A DNA stretch of 64,000 bases from Clostridia bacterium (GCA_045656645.1 JAZORN010000094.1:8522-72521), one strand, 5' to 3'; numbered from the stretch's first letter, positions 30,298 to 42,058 are shown. Notes: a model not told the origin generated them from the letters alone. Program-made: numbers and translations.

Positions 30298-30729
30298 TTA
30301 ATCCTCCTTTTTAATATCAACAATTAATTTTACTCCGTCAATTTTCTTTACTGTTACAGTTGTGCCTGCGGGAATGTCTTCACCGTTTTCACTGCGTGCA
30401 CTCCAAACCATTGCACCCACCTTTACACTACCGCTTGAATTAATGTTTGATATTAATTCAAGTACAGTGCCGTTTTGCCCGATAAGTGCATCGGTGTTCG
30501 TTTTGAGCGGTTCTTTCGTCTTTAACTTACGTATTAATTTGCGTGTGAAAATAAGAAGAAGTGTTGAAACAATTACGAAAACAATCGTCTGCAACCATAT
30601 ACCTGCGCCAGACATTGCTGCAATTAACGCCGCAAAAGCTCCGCCTGCAAACCAAATTGATACAAACTGTACCGTTGCAGCCTCTAAGCATATAAGGGCT
30701 ATTACTAAAATTGTCCAGAATAATGCCAT
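30298..30729 (-). CDS. NfeD family membrane protein (stomatin operon partner)
   Basis: 143 aa. Two N-terminal TM helices and a C-terminal OB-fold-like segment. Sits immediately upstream of the SPFH gene, the usual NfeD-stomatin pairing. Confidence 0.7.
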   Translation of the reverse strand: MALFWTILVIALICLEAATVQFVSIWFAGGAFAALIAAMSGAGIWLQTIVFVIVSTLLLIFTRKLIRKLKTKEPLKTNTDALIGQNGTVLELISNINSSGSVKVGAMVWSARSENGEDIPAGTTVTVKKIDGVKLIVDIKKED

Positions 30730-30740
30730 ACAAAAACCTC

Positions 30741-32405
30741 CTAATTAAGATATTTGTCAAACACACTCATAGTGCCGTCAGGTGTGTCCATAAAATAGGG
30801 GCGGGCAATAAATTCACCGTTATAGTCTGCCGCGTGCCACCATATTCCAACTTTGATTTTGTCATATTCAGGAAGGGAGAGGAACATATCCTCAATCCAT
30901 TTAACCTTGTCACCGCCTACGGAAGAACAGGAAAACTCCGTTATCATAATAGGCTTTTCATTTATGAGGAGAGCCCTTTCATAAACGGGGGCATAGATTT
31001 CATCAAAGCTTCTCCATGTTTCGCCCTCATAATAAGTTCCTGTGTTATAGCCTGTAATTCCGTATACATCAACATATTCATCGCCCGGGTAGTAGAGAAA
31101 TTCGCTGTTCCATTTGTAGTTAGGGAAGCTTATTTCATTTGGATTCCATACCCATATGGTGTTACTGCAGCCTGCGGCTTTAAATTTATCGTAGAGATAT
31201 CTGTAAAGCTCTACATATAACTGCGGGTCACGGGATGTATGGAATGCACTGTAATTACACCAGTCACCATTCATTTCATTAAACGGTCTGAAGAGAACGG
31301 TAACATAAGGGTAGCTTGCAACGAGCTTTGTATATGCGTTTATGAATTGGTCATATTCTCCGTCTAAGATTTCATAAATCATATTTTTATCGGTTTTTCT
31401 TGAAAGTGGAACCTGAAGTGTAAGTTCAAGTGCTTTACCGCTTTTTTGAGCATATTTGAAGCTACCTTCAACTTTTTTAATGTAAGTGTTTATTTTTTCA
31501 AGGTAGTTGACTGAGTTTAAACCTGCTTTGTCGGTGAATTCCGTATATGTGAGAAATGCACAGAATTCATAGCCAAGAGTCTCTTCAAACTCTTCCATCC
31601 TTTGAATTCCGCCGTATTTATCGGGCGGGAACATTCCCATTTTAAATGTTGCATCATCTGAAAACAGTTTTTCGTAGGTTGCCTTTGCAGTGGGGTTAAG
31701 CCGTGTAACACTGCTTTTTTTATACCCTGAATTGTATGCGTTGGTCTGTGCTATAACTGGGTCAAAGGTTGTAAGAGAGCTTACTATATCCATATAGCCG
31801 TTATTTGCGAAAAGCTGTGATGAAGAAGCGAAGAAAAACGTATAAACCCTTGCGCCGATGCACACATCCACGCACGCATAATAGTTTTTATCATTATTTA
31901 TGCGTGAAAGTTTCTTTCGTGACCATTCAAGAATATGGTATTCGTAATTACCTACGCTATAGTTTTCCTGCTTTATAATTTTATGGTCTGCAGTGTTTTC
32001 TGTAAATCTGTTTGAATATTTAAGATATGAAAGACGCTCGCTGTCTGTGTCAAAAACTTCTTTGAAAATACGTATTTTTCTGTAGCTGTCCTCAAGTGTT
32101 GCACATATCGAGGATTGCGACATATCAACCTTCATATCATATGGTATTCTGACAGAATATCCGTCGACAAGGTTCGTGAATTTCTGACCGCCTGAAAGCT
32201 GCTCCAATGTATACATCTCCTGAATGCTTTTCATAGCAGTGCCGCTTGCAGCAGGAATATTTTCATTGTCAATCAGTGCATCGGGTGCCATCCAGACGGG
32301 CGGAGAAAGAACACGCATAGGGGACGGTAAAACAGATGCAAATGCAGTAGCAGAAGTGCTTGCAATAAGTAAGAATATGCAAATAAATGATAATAATCTT
32401 TTCAT
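30741..32405 (-). CDS. Secreted glycoside hydrolase, GH26-like (clan GH-A), with an uncharacterised N-terminal domain of about 200 aa
   Basis: Signal peptide MKRLLSFICIFLLIASTSATAFA. The candidate acid/base region is RPFNEMNGDW, and the candidate nucleophile is IMITEF. A VDVYGITGYN motif is also present. Start placed at ATG 32405. Confidence 0.55.
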   Translation of the reverse strand: MKRLLSFICIFLLIASTSATAFASVLPSPMRVLSPPVWMAPDALIDNENIPAASGTAMKSIQEMYTLEQLSGGQKFTNLVDGYSVRIPYDMKVDMSQSSICATLEDSYRKIRIFKEVFDTDSERLSYLKYSNRFTENTADHKIIKQENYSVGNYEYHILEWSRKKLSRINNDKNYYACVDVCIGARVYTFFFASSSQLFANNGYMDIVSSLTTFDPVIAQTNAYNSGYKKSSVTRLNPTAKATYEKLFSDDATFKMGMFPPDKYGGIQRMEEFEETLGYEFCAFLTYTEFTDKAGLNSVNYLEKINTYIKKVEGSFKYAQKSGKALELTLQVPLSRKTDKNMIYEILDGEYDQFINAYTKLVASYPYVTVLFRPFNEMNGDWCNYSAFHTSRDPQLYVELYRYLYDKFKAAGCSNTIWVWNPNEISFPNYKWNSEFLYYPGDEYVDVYGITGYNTGTYYEGETWRSFDEIYAPVYERALLINEKPIMITEFSCSSVGGDKVKWIEDMFLSLPEYDKIKVGIWWHAADYNGEFIARPYFMDTPDGTMSVFDKYLN

Positions 32406-32440
32406 AAATAAAATGTCCTTTTTTTGAAAATTTAAGACTA

Positions 32441-33613
32441 TCACAGAGCCTTATTAAGATAATATGTGAATTTTTCAAAGCTAAGCTTGTGCACGTCATA
32501 TACCAGAGAAATATTCATATCATGTGCACGCTTTATAAAATGCTCTCTTGCGGAGGCGTTTTTTGATATATAGGTGCAAACAAGAACTTTTTTTGAATAT
32601 GCACCGCCAAGAGCACGTGAAACGGCATCAAGCTCATACAAGGCATCCTTTTTCACTTCACCGTTTTTACACGATATAAAAAGCGGATGCAGATTTGAAA
32701 TTGCCATAACATCAATTTCATTTTGAGTGTCTGAAAAAGAGCTATTGTCATTCCATTCAATGCTGACCCCTGTTTTTATATCATATACAGACTCAGAAAG
32801 CGAGGAAGCTGCATAAGCAGTGTAATATTCAAGCGCATTTCCTGCTTTCAGTATAAGTTTTGCAACAAGGCTATAGCAAATACGATATACAGTTCTTTGC
32901 ACTGTGTCGCTTTCTTTTTCTATAAGATTGCGACTGCAAAGCTCATTAAAAACTGCGTTAATATCTTTGGCTGTACGTTTAAGTTTTATTGCAAAATCAT
33001 TTTTGTTTATAATTATTTTCTTCCCGTTTTGGCTGATGCATTCGGCTGCGGCATTGCAAAATGCACTGTATGCCTCACAATCGAGTGCATTTACCGCAAA
33101 CATTTGAGATAAAGCATAAATATCGTCCTTGGTAAAATCATATATTGTATCGCTGCGTAAAATTTTACCGCCCTGAAGTGTTATCGCATCAGCAAGAGAA
33201 ATTTGGGGATTTAATGCTGTAAGAGGGGAAGTGCCCGCATGAATTTCTACAATGCCTAAATCCCTTGCATCAACTCTTATTATCGGAATATTAAACTGCT
33301 GTGAAATTATTCCCACAACCGCTAAAATTACGTCTTCGCCGCCCGTAACATCAAAAATACAATCCGTGTTATTTTTGACAAGCTGTGTAAGCCTGCTTTT
33401 CACGGAATTAGCATTATCCCTCTCAACATACAAAAACTCAAGCGGAAGAGTACTTTTTCTGCGTCGGTAAAAGCTTTTGAGGTTTTCTGTTTTCTGAGGT
33501 GTCATTACCTCTCTTGTGCCGACGTATATGACCTTGGAAATATTATCAAGTATGATGGGCGAGAGAATATTTTCATATTGTTTTGCATCGAAAATTTCAA
33601 CAAGCGTATACAT
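32441..33613 (-). CDS. Card1/Can2-like protein: CARF-like N-terminal domain fused to a C-terminal PD-(D/E)xK nuclease domain (DUF1887-like)
   Basis: 390 aa from ATG 33613, after RBS GGAGAT. The C-terminus has D...(17)...ExK (EIDVMAISNLHPLFISCKNGEVKK) followed by a YxxxD-like segment. The N-terminal Rossmann-like block is IFDVTGGEDVILAVVGIISQ. A consensus promoter lies directly upstream. Assignment is by motif only. Confidence 0.4.
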   Translation of the reverse strand: MYTLVEIFDAKQYENILSPIILDNISKVIYVGTREVMTPQKTENLKSFYRRRKSTLPLEFLYVERDNANSVKSRLTQLVKNNTDCIFDVTGGEDVILAVVGIISQQFNIPIIRVDARDLGIVEIHAGTSPLTALNPQISLADAITLQGGKILRSDTIYDFTKDDIYALSQMFAVNALDCEAYSAFCNAAAECISQNGKKIIINKNDFAIKLKRTAKDINAVFNELCSRNLIEKESDTVQRTVYRICYSLVAKLILKAGNALEYYTAYAASSLSESVYDIKTGVSIEWNDNSSFSDTQNEIDVMAISNLHPLFISCKNGEVKKDALYELDAVSRALGGAYSKKVLVCTYISKNASAREHFIKRAHDMNISLVYDVHKLSFEKFTYYLNKAL

Positions 33614-33643
33614 AGTATCTCCTATATTAATATATCTAAGATA

Positions 33644-33673
33644 TATTATAGTATAAAAAATATATAATGTCAA
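33644..33673 (-). promoter_or_regulatory. Near-consensus sigma-A promoter (TTGACA, 18-nt spacer, TATAAT) for the Card1/Can2-like gene
   Basis: On the minus strand the sequence reads TTGACA ttatataattttttatac TATAAT, about 30 nt upstream of the RBS. Confidence 0.6.
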
Positions 33674-33710
33674 TGTTGTGAAAAGCAGCAAAAGAAAAAA
33701 TAAATAATAG

Positions 33711-33739
33711 TTGACCTTGGAAATTATTTGCGTTATAAT
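33711..33739 (+). promoter_or_regulatory. Near-consensus sigma-A promoter (TTGACC, 17-nt spacer, TATAAT) for the secreted repeat protein
   Basis: TTGACC at 33711-33716 and TATAAT at 33734-33739. It diverges from the promoter above. Confidence 0.6.
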
Positions 33740-33790
33740 TGAAGTAAGAAAAATATATTTATAATATTAAGAAAGGCAATGGAGATTTAT

Positions 33791-34972
33791 ATGAAAAAAA
33801 CTTTTAAGGTTTTAGTTTGCTTATCAGCATCTCTTCTTATGGCAACGGGTGTTTTTGCTGAAAAAACACAGCTTTATTCCCTTGACGGCAGAACTCTTTA
33901 TGTTGATGAAAGTCAGGTTGCAGTTTATACCGCAGAGGGTATGGGTTGGTTTCTGGAAAAGCCTGTTACAATGTACAGTGCAGACGGCCGCAGCATAGTT
34001 GTGCGTGCAGACCAGGTGGAGGCACATAAGAATGTCGGTTGGTTCTTAGAAGGGGATCAGACTTCTTCAGATGATACACAGAAGGATGAAAATGTGAACA
34101 CTGATGCACCAAAGCCTGATACACAAGAAAATTCATCAAAAAATAATCTTATTGCAATAAAATATACAGACGGTACTATTATAAAGGCACCTGCATATCA
34201 GCTTGATATGTATAAGGCACTTGGTTGGGTAGAGGCAGGAAGTGCTTCTACAGAAAATGAAACAGTGACTATGTACGATGCAAACGGAGTTGCGAAAGAA
34301 GTTAAGCTGAGCGAAGTTTCAAAGTATGAACTTGCAGGATGGACAAAGGTAAAGCCTGAGGGTGAATACATAACTGTATATTACTACGATGGCTCTACGA
34401 AGAACATTCCCGCATCATCTGCCGAAACTTACAAGGCCCAGGGCTGGTACAGTGCATATGATGAGGCTGTTTATGCATACGCTGCATTTGGTAACGGCGC
34501 AGATGTAGTCGGTGCAACAAAGCTTCTTGAGGAAAAGAAGTATGAGCTTGCATTCAATTTGGTTCAGGATGCACTTGATAAAATAGAAAATACACAGTCT
34601 GAATACGTATCAATGCTTTATTATCTGCGTTCTATGGTTACAGATACGTGGAGAGAGGCGGCAAAATCTCCGCTCGGTTTCATAAATTACTGGTTTAGCG
34701 AAAAAGACGGAAAATCACTGATTGTATTTGAGTACAGAAACGTAAGCAACAGCAGAATAAGCTCGTTTAAAATAAACTTTGATATTTGTGATAAAGACGG
34801 AAATATCGTTGAAACAAATTCAGGTTCATATTTTGTAAACAATCTGCAGATGACCCCTTGTGAGAAAAAGAGAGTTGCCTGGATTATAACAAAGGGTGAC
34901 GTTGCGGCAAGCATTAAAAATCTTAAGGTTAACGAGGTTGTTTTCTCGGATAATACAAAGTGGAATGGTTAA
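33791..34972 (+). CDS. Secreted protein with five degenerate repeats of about 35 aa (Y-x2-DG-...-V-...-GW) and a C-terminal domain of about 180 aa
   Basis: Signal peptide MKKTFKVLVCLSASLLMATGVFA. The repeats are LYSLDGRTLYVD...GMGWF, MYSADGRSIVVR...NVGWF, IKYTDGTIIKAP...ALGWV, MYDANGVAKEVK...LAGWT and YYYDGSTKNIPA...AQGWY. Confidence 0.6.
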   Translation: MKKTFKVLVCLSASLLMATGVFAEKTQLYSLDGRTLYVDESQVAVYTAEGMGWFLEKPVTMYSADGRSIVVRADQVEAHKNVGWFLEGDQTSSDDTQKDENVNTDAPKPDTQENSSKNNLIAIKYTDGTIIKAPAYQLDMYKALGWVEAGSASTENETVTMYDANGVAKEVKLSEVSKYELAGWTKVKPEGEYITVYYYDGSTKNIPASSAETYKAQGWYSAYDEAVYAYAAFGNGADVVGATKLLEEKKYELAFNLVQDALDKIENTQSEYVSMLYYLRSMVTDTWREAAKSPLGFINYWFSEKDGKSLIVFEYRNVSNSRISSFKINFDICDKDGNIVETNSGSYFVNNLQMTPCEKKRVAWIITKGDVAASIKNLKVNEVVFSDNTKWNG

Positions 34973-34977
34973 GAATA

Positions 34978-37845
<2,868 letters not shown>

Positions 37846-37864
37846 GAAAGGAGAGCTTTACATA

Positions 37865-38389
37865 ATGAAAAGAATAACTCTTCCTATAAAAGAGAATGAT
37901 ATAGAAAATCTTAAAGCAGGGGATAGTGTACTGCTCTCAGGAAAGATAATTACGGGGCGTGATGCCGCACACAAGAGGTTTTATGACCTCGTAATGAGCG
38001 GGGAGAAGCTACCGATTGACATAAAAGGCCAAATAATATACTATGTAGGCCCCGCACCTGCAAAGCCCGGATATGCCATAGGACCTGCAGGACCGACATC
38101 AAGCTACAGAATGGATAAGTACACTCCCGTTTTGCTTGATATGGGACTTACGGGTATGATTGGAAAAGGCATAAGAAATAAAGAGGTAATCAGTTCAATA
38201 ATTAAAAATAAGGCAGTGTATTTTGCCGCTATCGGCGGTGCTGCGGCGCTTATTTCAAAATCAATAAAGGAGGCAAAATGCCTTTGTTACGAGGATTTGG
38301 GTGCAGAGGCGGTCTGCGAATATGTTATAGAGGATTTTCCGTGCATTGTAGCAATTGATTCCTGCGGTAACAATGTTTATGATTATTGA
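37865..38389 (+). CDS. Fe-S hydro-lyase, tartrate/fumarate subfamily beta subunit
   Basis: 174 aa, homologous to the class I fumarase/tartrate dehydratase beta chain. Follows the alpha gene. Confidence 0.75.
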   Translation: MKRITLPIKENDIENLKAGDSVLLSGKIITGRDAAHKRFYDLVMSGEKLPIDIKGQIIYYVGPAPAKPGYAIGPAGPTSSYRMDKYTPVLLDMGLTGMIGKGIRNKEVISSIIKNKAVYFAAIGGAAALISKSIKEAKCLCYEDLGAEAVCEYVIEDFPCIVAIDSCGNNVYDY

Positions 38390-38409
38390 TAAAATTTATC
38401 AAAAATATC

Positions 38410-38438
38410 TTGCCTTTAGATAAGATATATAGTATAAT
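38410..38438 (+). promoter_or_regulatory. Sigma-A type promoter (TTGCCT, 17-nt spacer, TATAAT)
   Basis: TTGCCT at 38410-38415 and TATAAT at 38433-38438, upstream of the small P-loop protein gene. Confidence 0.5.
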
Positions 38439-38478
38439 ATATACAAGGAAACCAAATAAACTTTTAGGAGGGCTTACT

Positions 38479-38889
38479 ATGATAAATGTTATTATTGGCG
38501 AAAAAGGCACCGGCAAAACGGCGAAGCTTATTGAGGCAGTACATATTGCTGAAAAAGCGGCTACCGGAAGCGTAGTTTTCATTAACAAAGGAAAGAGACA
38601 TGTGTTGGATCTTTCACATGGTGTAAGACTTGTTGACACCGAGGAATACGGTATGTCTTCTTATGAGGAGTTTTTCGGTTTTGTATGCGGTATTCTTTCA
38701 CAGAATTACGATATTGCTCATATTTTTATTGACAGTATTACAAAGATTGTAAACGATGATATGGCAGCACTTGAGAAATTCCTTGACAGAATCAGTGTTG
38801 TAGCTGAAAAGAGCAATGCTGAAATTCAGATTATTCTCAGTATGAATCCTGCAGATGCTTCTGAGGGTATTAAGAAGTACGTAAAATAA
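38479..38889 (+). CDS. Small P-loop NTPase, hypothetical (136 aa)
   Basis: Walker A VIIGEKGTGKTA. A Walker B-like segment HIFIDSI. Start at ATG 38479, after RBS AGGAGG. A promoter lies upstream and a terminator follows. Confidence 0.5.
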   Translation: MINVIIGEKGTGKTAKLIEAVHIAEKAATGSVVFINKGKRHVLDLSHGVRLVDTEEYGMSSYEEFFGFVCGILSQNYDIAHIFIDSITKIVNDDMAALEKFLDRISVVAEKSNAEIQIILSMNPADASEGIKKYVK

Positions 38890-38903
38890 GTGAAATTTTA
38901 AAA

Positions 38904-38933
38904 ACGCCTCATCTCTGTGATGGGGCGTTTTTA
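38904..38933 (+). terminator. Rho-independent terminator (AACGCCTCATC-tctgt-GATGGGGCGTT-TTTT)
   Basis: 11-bp stem with one G-U pair and a T-run. It sits only about 20 nt before the glycerate kinase start. Confidence 0.7.
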
Positions 38934-38952
38934 CAGTATAGGAATGATAAAA

Positions 38953-40092
38953 ATGAAGGTTGCAGTTTCGATTGATTCATTTAAAGGAAGTCTTTCAACA
39001 TTTCAGGCAGGTAAAGCCGTGGAAGACGGAATAAAGCGTGTATATAAAGATGCTGATGTTTATGTTTGCCCTCTTTCAGACGGTGGCGAAGGTACTACAG
39101 AAACCATTATAAGTATGAGAAACGGCGAAATGGTGGAAGTAGCGGTACATAATCCCCTTGGGAAAATTATAAAAGCATGCTACGGTATTATTCCTGATAA
39201 AAAAACGGCAGTTATAGAAATGTCGGCAGCCGCAGGAATTACCCTTATTGAAGATAAGGAGAGAAATCCGCTTCATACCACCTCATACGGTGTGGGGGAG
39301 CTTATTTGTGATGCAATTTCAAAAGGATGCCGAAGCTTTATAATAGGTATTGGCGGAAGTGCTACAAATGACGGCGGAATTGGTATGTTACAGGCACTTG
39401 GATTTCAGTTTTTAGATAGCGAAAAAAATCAGGTACAGTGGGGCGCACAGGGATTAGAAGACATTGTCAGCATATGTACCAAGAACGCAATAAAAGAGCT
39501 TTTCGAATGCAGTTTCCGTGTTGCTTGCGATGTTACAAACCCTCTTTGCGGCGAAAACGGGTGCAGCAGAATTTACGGACCTCAAAAGGGTGCGACAGAG
39601 GCAATGATTAACGATATGGACAGGTGGCTCAAAAGCTTTGGAGAGCTTACAAAGAGTATTATTCCTGATGCGGATATAAATATACCTGGAAGCGGTGCTG
39701 CAGGCGGACTTGGCTTTGCCCTTATGTCATATCTAAATGCAACTCTTGAGTCGGGTGTTGATTTGGTATTAAGAGAAACAAAGCTTGAAGAATATATAAA
39801 GAAATCCGATATTGTTATCACGGGTGAAGGAAGACTTGACGGACAGTCCTCTATGGGGAAAGCCCCCGTCGGTGTTGCAAAACTTGCAAAAAAATACGAT
39901 AAACAAACTATTGCCTTTTCAGGATGTATTGGAGATGGTGCACAAAAATGTAATGAAAACGGAATTGATGCATTTTTCCCTATTTTAAAGGCACCCTGCA
40001 CTTTAGGGGAGGCAATGGATACTGATAACGCATACAAAAATCTATCTGATACAGCACAGCAGGTGTTTAACTTAATAAAAGCATTTAAGTAA
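38953..40092 (+). CDS. glxK: Glycerate kinase
   Basis: MKVAVSIDSFKGSLS N-terminus and GEGRLDGQS motif. About 380 aa. Confidence 0.8.
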   Translation: MKVAVSIDSFKGSLSTFQAGKAVEDGIKRVYKDADVYVCPLSDGGEGTTETIISMRNGEMVEVAVHNPLGKIIKACYGIIPDKKTAVIEMSAAAGITLIEDKERNPLHTTSYGVGELICDAISKGCRSFIIGIGGSATNDGGIGMLQALGFQFLDSEKNQVQWGAQGLEDIVSICTKNAIKELFECSFRVACDVTNPLCGENGCSRIYGPQKGATEAMINDMDRWLKSFGELTKSIIPDADINIPGSGAAGGLGFALMSYLNATLESGVDLVLRETKLEEYIKKSDIVITGEGRLDGQSSMGKAPVGVAKLAKKYDKQTIAFSGCIGDGAQKCNENGIDAFFPILKAPCTLGEAMDTDNAYKNLSDTAQQVFNLIKAFK

Positions 40093-40100
40093 TATACATA

Positions 40101-40146
40101 AACCCCTCTTTTCCATAGTATATTTTATGGAGAGAGGGGTTTTTCT
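40101..40146 (+). terminator. Hairpin terminator (CCCCTCT...AGAGGGG followed by TTTTT)
   Basis: Inverted repeat AACCCCTCTTTTCCATA / TATGGAGAGAGGGGTTTTT immediately after the glxK stop. Confidence 0.6.
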
Positions 40147-41256
40147 ATGGTGAAAATTATTCTGCTTTTATGCTTGTTTTTAAATATATTTACTGCTAAT
40201 TCCTATGCGATAAGTGCAAAAAGCGCAGTGCTGATTGACAGTCAAAGTGGTAGGGTGTTATATGAACACAATGCTTATGAGAAATTACCTATGGCAAGCA
40301 CGACAAAGATTATGACGGGACTTCTTGCGTGTGAAAGCGGCAAACTTAAAGAAACTGTAAAGGCAAGTGCCTTTGCATCAGGCACAGAGGGGTCATCTTT
40401 ATGGCTAAAAATAGGGGAGGAGCAGACACTTGAAAATCTGACTTACGGACTAATGCTTAAAAGCGGAAATGATGCAGCCGTTGCAATAGCTGAATATTTA
40501 GGAGGAAGCGTTGATGCCTTTGCACTTTTGATGAATAAACGGGCGAGAGAAATAGGTGCGGTAAATACTAATTTCGTGAATCCCCACGGACTTGATGCGG
40601 ATGGGCATTACACAACAGCATACGACCTTGCACTTATCGCAAGAGAAGCCATGAAAAATGATACCTTCCGGAAAATTGTTTCTACCAAAACATACTCAAT
40701 ACCGATGCAAGGTGAAAAATGGGACAGAGCACTTAAAAACCATAATAAACTGCTTTGGAGATACGAAGGATGCACCGGTATCAAAACCGGTTTTACAAAG
40801 CACTGCGGAAGATGTCTTGTAACGAGCGCAAAAAGAGATGGAAAAGAGCTTGTCTGTGTTACGCTTAATGCACCGTCTGACTGGAATGACCACACAGAAT
40901 TACTTGATTACGGATTTAATAATTACCAAAAAAAGACTTTGTATAAAAAAGGTGAAAAGGTGTGCGACTATACATATGACAAGAAAAATAATAAAAAAGT
41001 TACTCTTGTATGCAAAGAGGGATTTTCTGCACTTTTGTGTAAAGAAGAAAAGCTTGACACTAAAATAGAACTTCATAAAATAACAGCTCCTTCAAAAAAA
41101 GGAACTGTTGCAGCTACAGTGCATATATTCTGTAATGGAAAGGAAATAGCCTCTGCTCCGCTTGTGACAGATAAAGCAATTAAAAAGGTGACTTTCTTTG
41201 AAAAACTGAATACAAAAATGAGACGTATCCTTACGCCTCATTTTTGTATTGTGTAG
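40147..41256 (+). CDS. D-alanyl-D-alanine carboxypeptidase (serine-type, PBP5/DacB-like)
   Basis: Signal peptide. Active-site SxxK (ASTTKIMT), SGN (KSGNDAA) and KTG (GIKTGFT). Confidence 0.85.
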   Translation: MVKIILLLCLFLNIFTANSYAISAKSAVLIDSQSGRVLYEHNAYEKLPMASTTKIMTGLLACESGKLKETVKASAFASGTEGSSLWLKIGEEQTLENLTYGLMLKSGNDAAVAIAEYLGGSVDAFALLMNKRAREIGAVNTNFVNPHGLDADGHYTTAYDLALIAREAMKNDTFRKIVSTKTYSIPMQGEKWDRALKNHNKLLWRYEGCTGIKTGFTKHCGRCLVTSAKRDGKELVCVTLNAPSDWNDHTELLDYGFNNYQKKTLYKKGEKVCDYTYDKKNNKKVTLVCKEGFSALLCKEEKLDTKIELHKITAPSKKGTVAATVHIFCNGKEIASAPLVTDKAIKKVTFFEKLNTKMRRILTPHFCIV

Positions 41257-42058
41257 GAGATTTTCCCGTTTCTCTGCGGAAAGTTGATGAAAAGTAGCTC
41301 TGACTTGAAAATGCAAGATGGTCACTGACCTCGGTTACGTTCATTCCGTCTTTAAGAAGCTGCATTGCACGAACAATCTTTAGCTTTAAAAAGTGCTTGG
41401 CAGGACCTGCACCCGTATATTTATGACAGATTTTTTTCAGATTGCTGACACTGATTGAAGAAAGCCGTGCGATATCCTCGACAGACAAGTCTTTATTAAG
41501 ATTACTTGTCATTATTTCAATTATCTTAGAAAATTGTTGAGCGGAAGGGGATTTATCCCTTCTTTTTTCGTAATCGCCCGAGCGCAGAAGCTCCAACAAA
41601 AACAGCTCAAGTTTTGTTACGGCACTTTGCATAGCAAGGTAGGAATCTCCAAGCGAGGATATATAAATGTAATCAATATTAAAAGCATCATAAATCTCAT
41701 CTTTTAAAGCTTTTAGTGTATGTTGTTGTTCAAGATTAAGGGAAAATATACCCTTGCCAAGACGCTTTAACACCTCATCATCAGATACCGTAAAGGAGAT
41801 TACAAGAATACGGAAAGGTTTTCCCTCCGACCAGACACGGTGAAATTCCATTGGGGGATGAAACGCAAGGTCGCCATTACTCAGACTAAAAATTTGATCA
41901 TTTTTTGCAATCACTGCCTCACCCTCAGTAATAAAGACCATTTCCCAGAAATCGTGCATTTCTCCTGCAAAATAAAAGTTTTCCTCGTGCGGAAGATGAA
42001 AGGCACTGAAAAGAGATTCGATTTTAATAGGTCGTGGTATTTTATTTTGAACTTGCAT
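41231..42058 (-). CDS. AraC family transcriptional regulator
   Basis: N-terminal cupin-like sensor and a C-terminal HTH_AraC. Start at ATG 42058, after RBS GGAGG. Confidence 0.75.
   Translation of the reverse strand: MQVQNKIPRPIKIESLFSAFHLPHEENFYFAGEMHDFWEMVFITEGEAVIAKNDQIFSLSNGDLAFHPPMEFHRVWSEGKPFRILVISFTVSDDEVLKRLGKGIFSLNLEQQHTLKALKDEIYDAFNIDYIYISSLGDSYLAMQSAVTKLELFLLELLRSGDYEKRRDKSPSAQQFSKIIEIMTSNLNKDLSVEDIARLSSISVSNLKKICHKYTGAGPAKHFLKLKIVRAMQLLKDGMNVTEVSDHLAFSSQSYFSSTFRRETGKSPTQYKNEA

Noticed and set aside
33614-33691. N-terminal extension of the Card1/Can2-like ORF (MLLFTTLTLYIFYTIIYLRYINIGDT)
   Set aside because: The extension would include the near-consensus promoter hexamers. ATG 33613 has a proper RBS and begins the domain.
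38917-38952. Longer glxK ORF starting at 38917 (MMGRFYSIGMIK...)
   Set aside because: Those codons lie inside the terminator hairpin of the upstream gene. The conserved glycerate kinase N-terminus begins at MKVAVSIDSF (38953).
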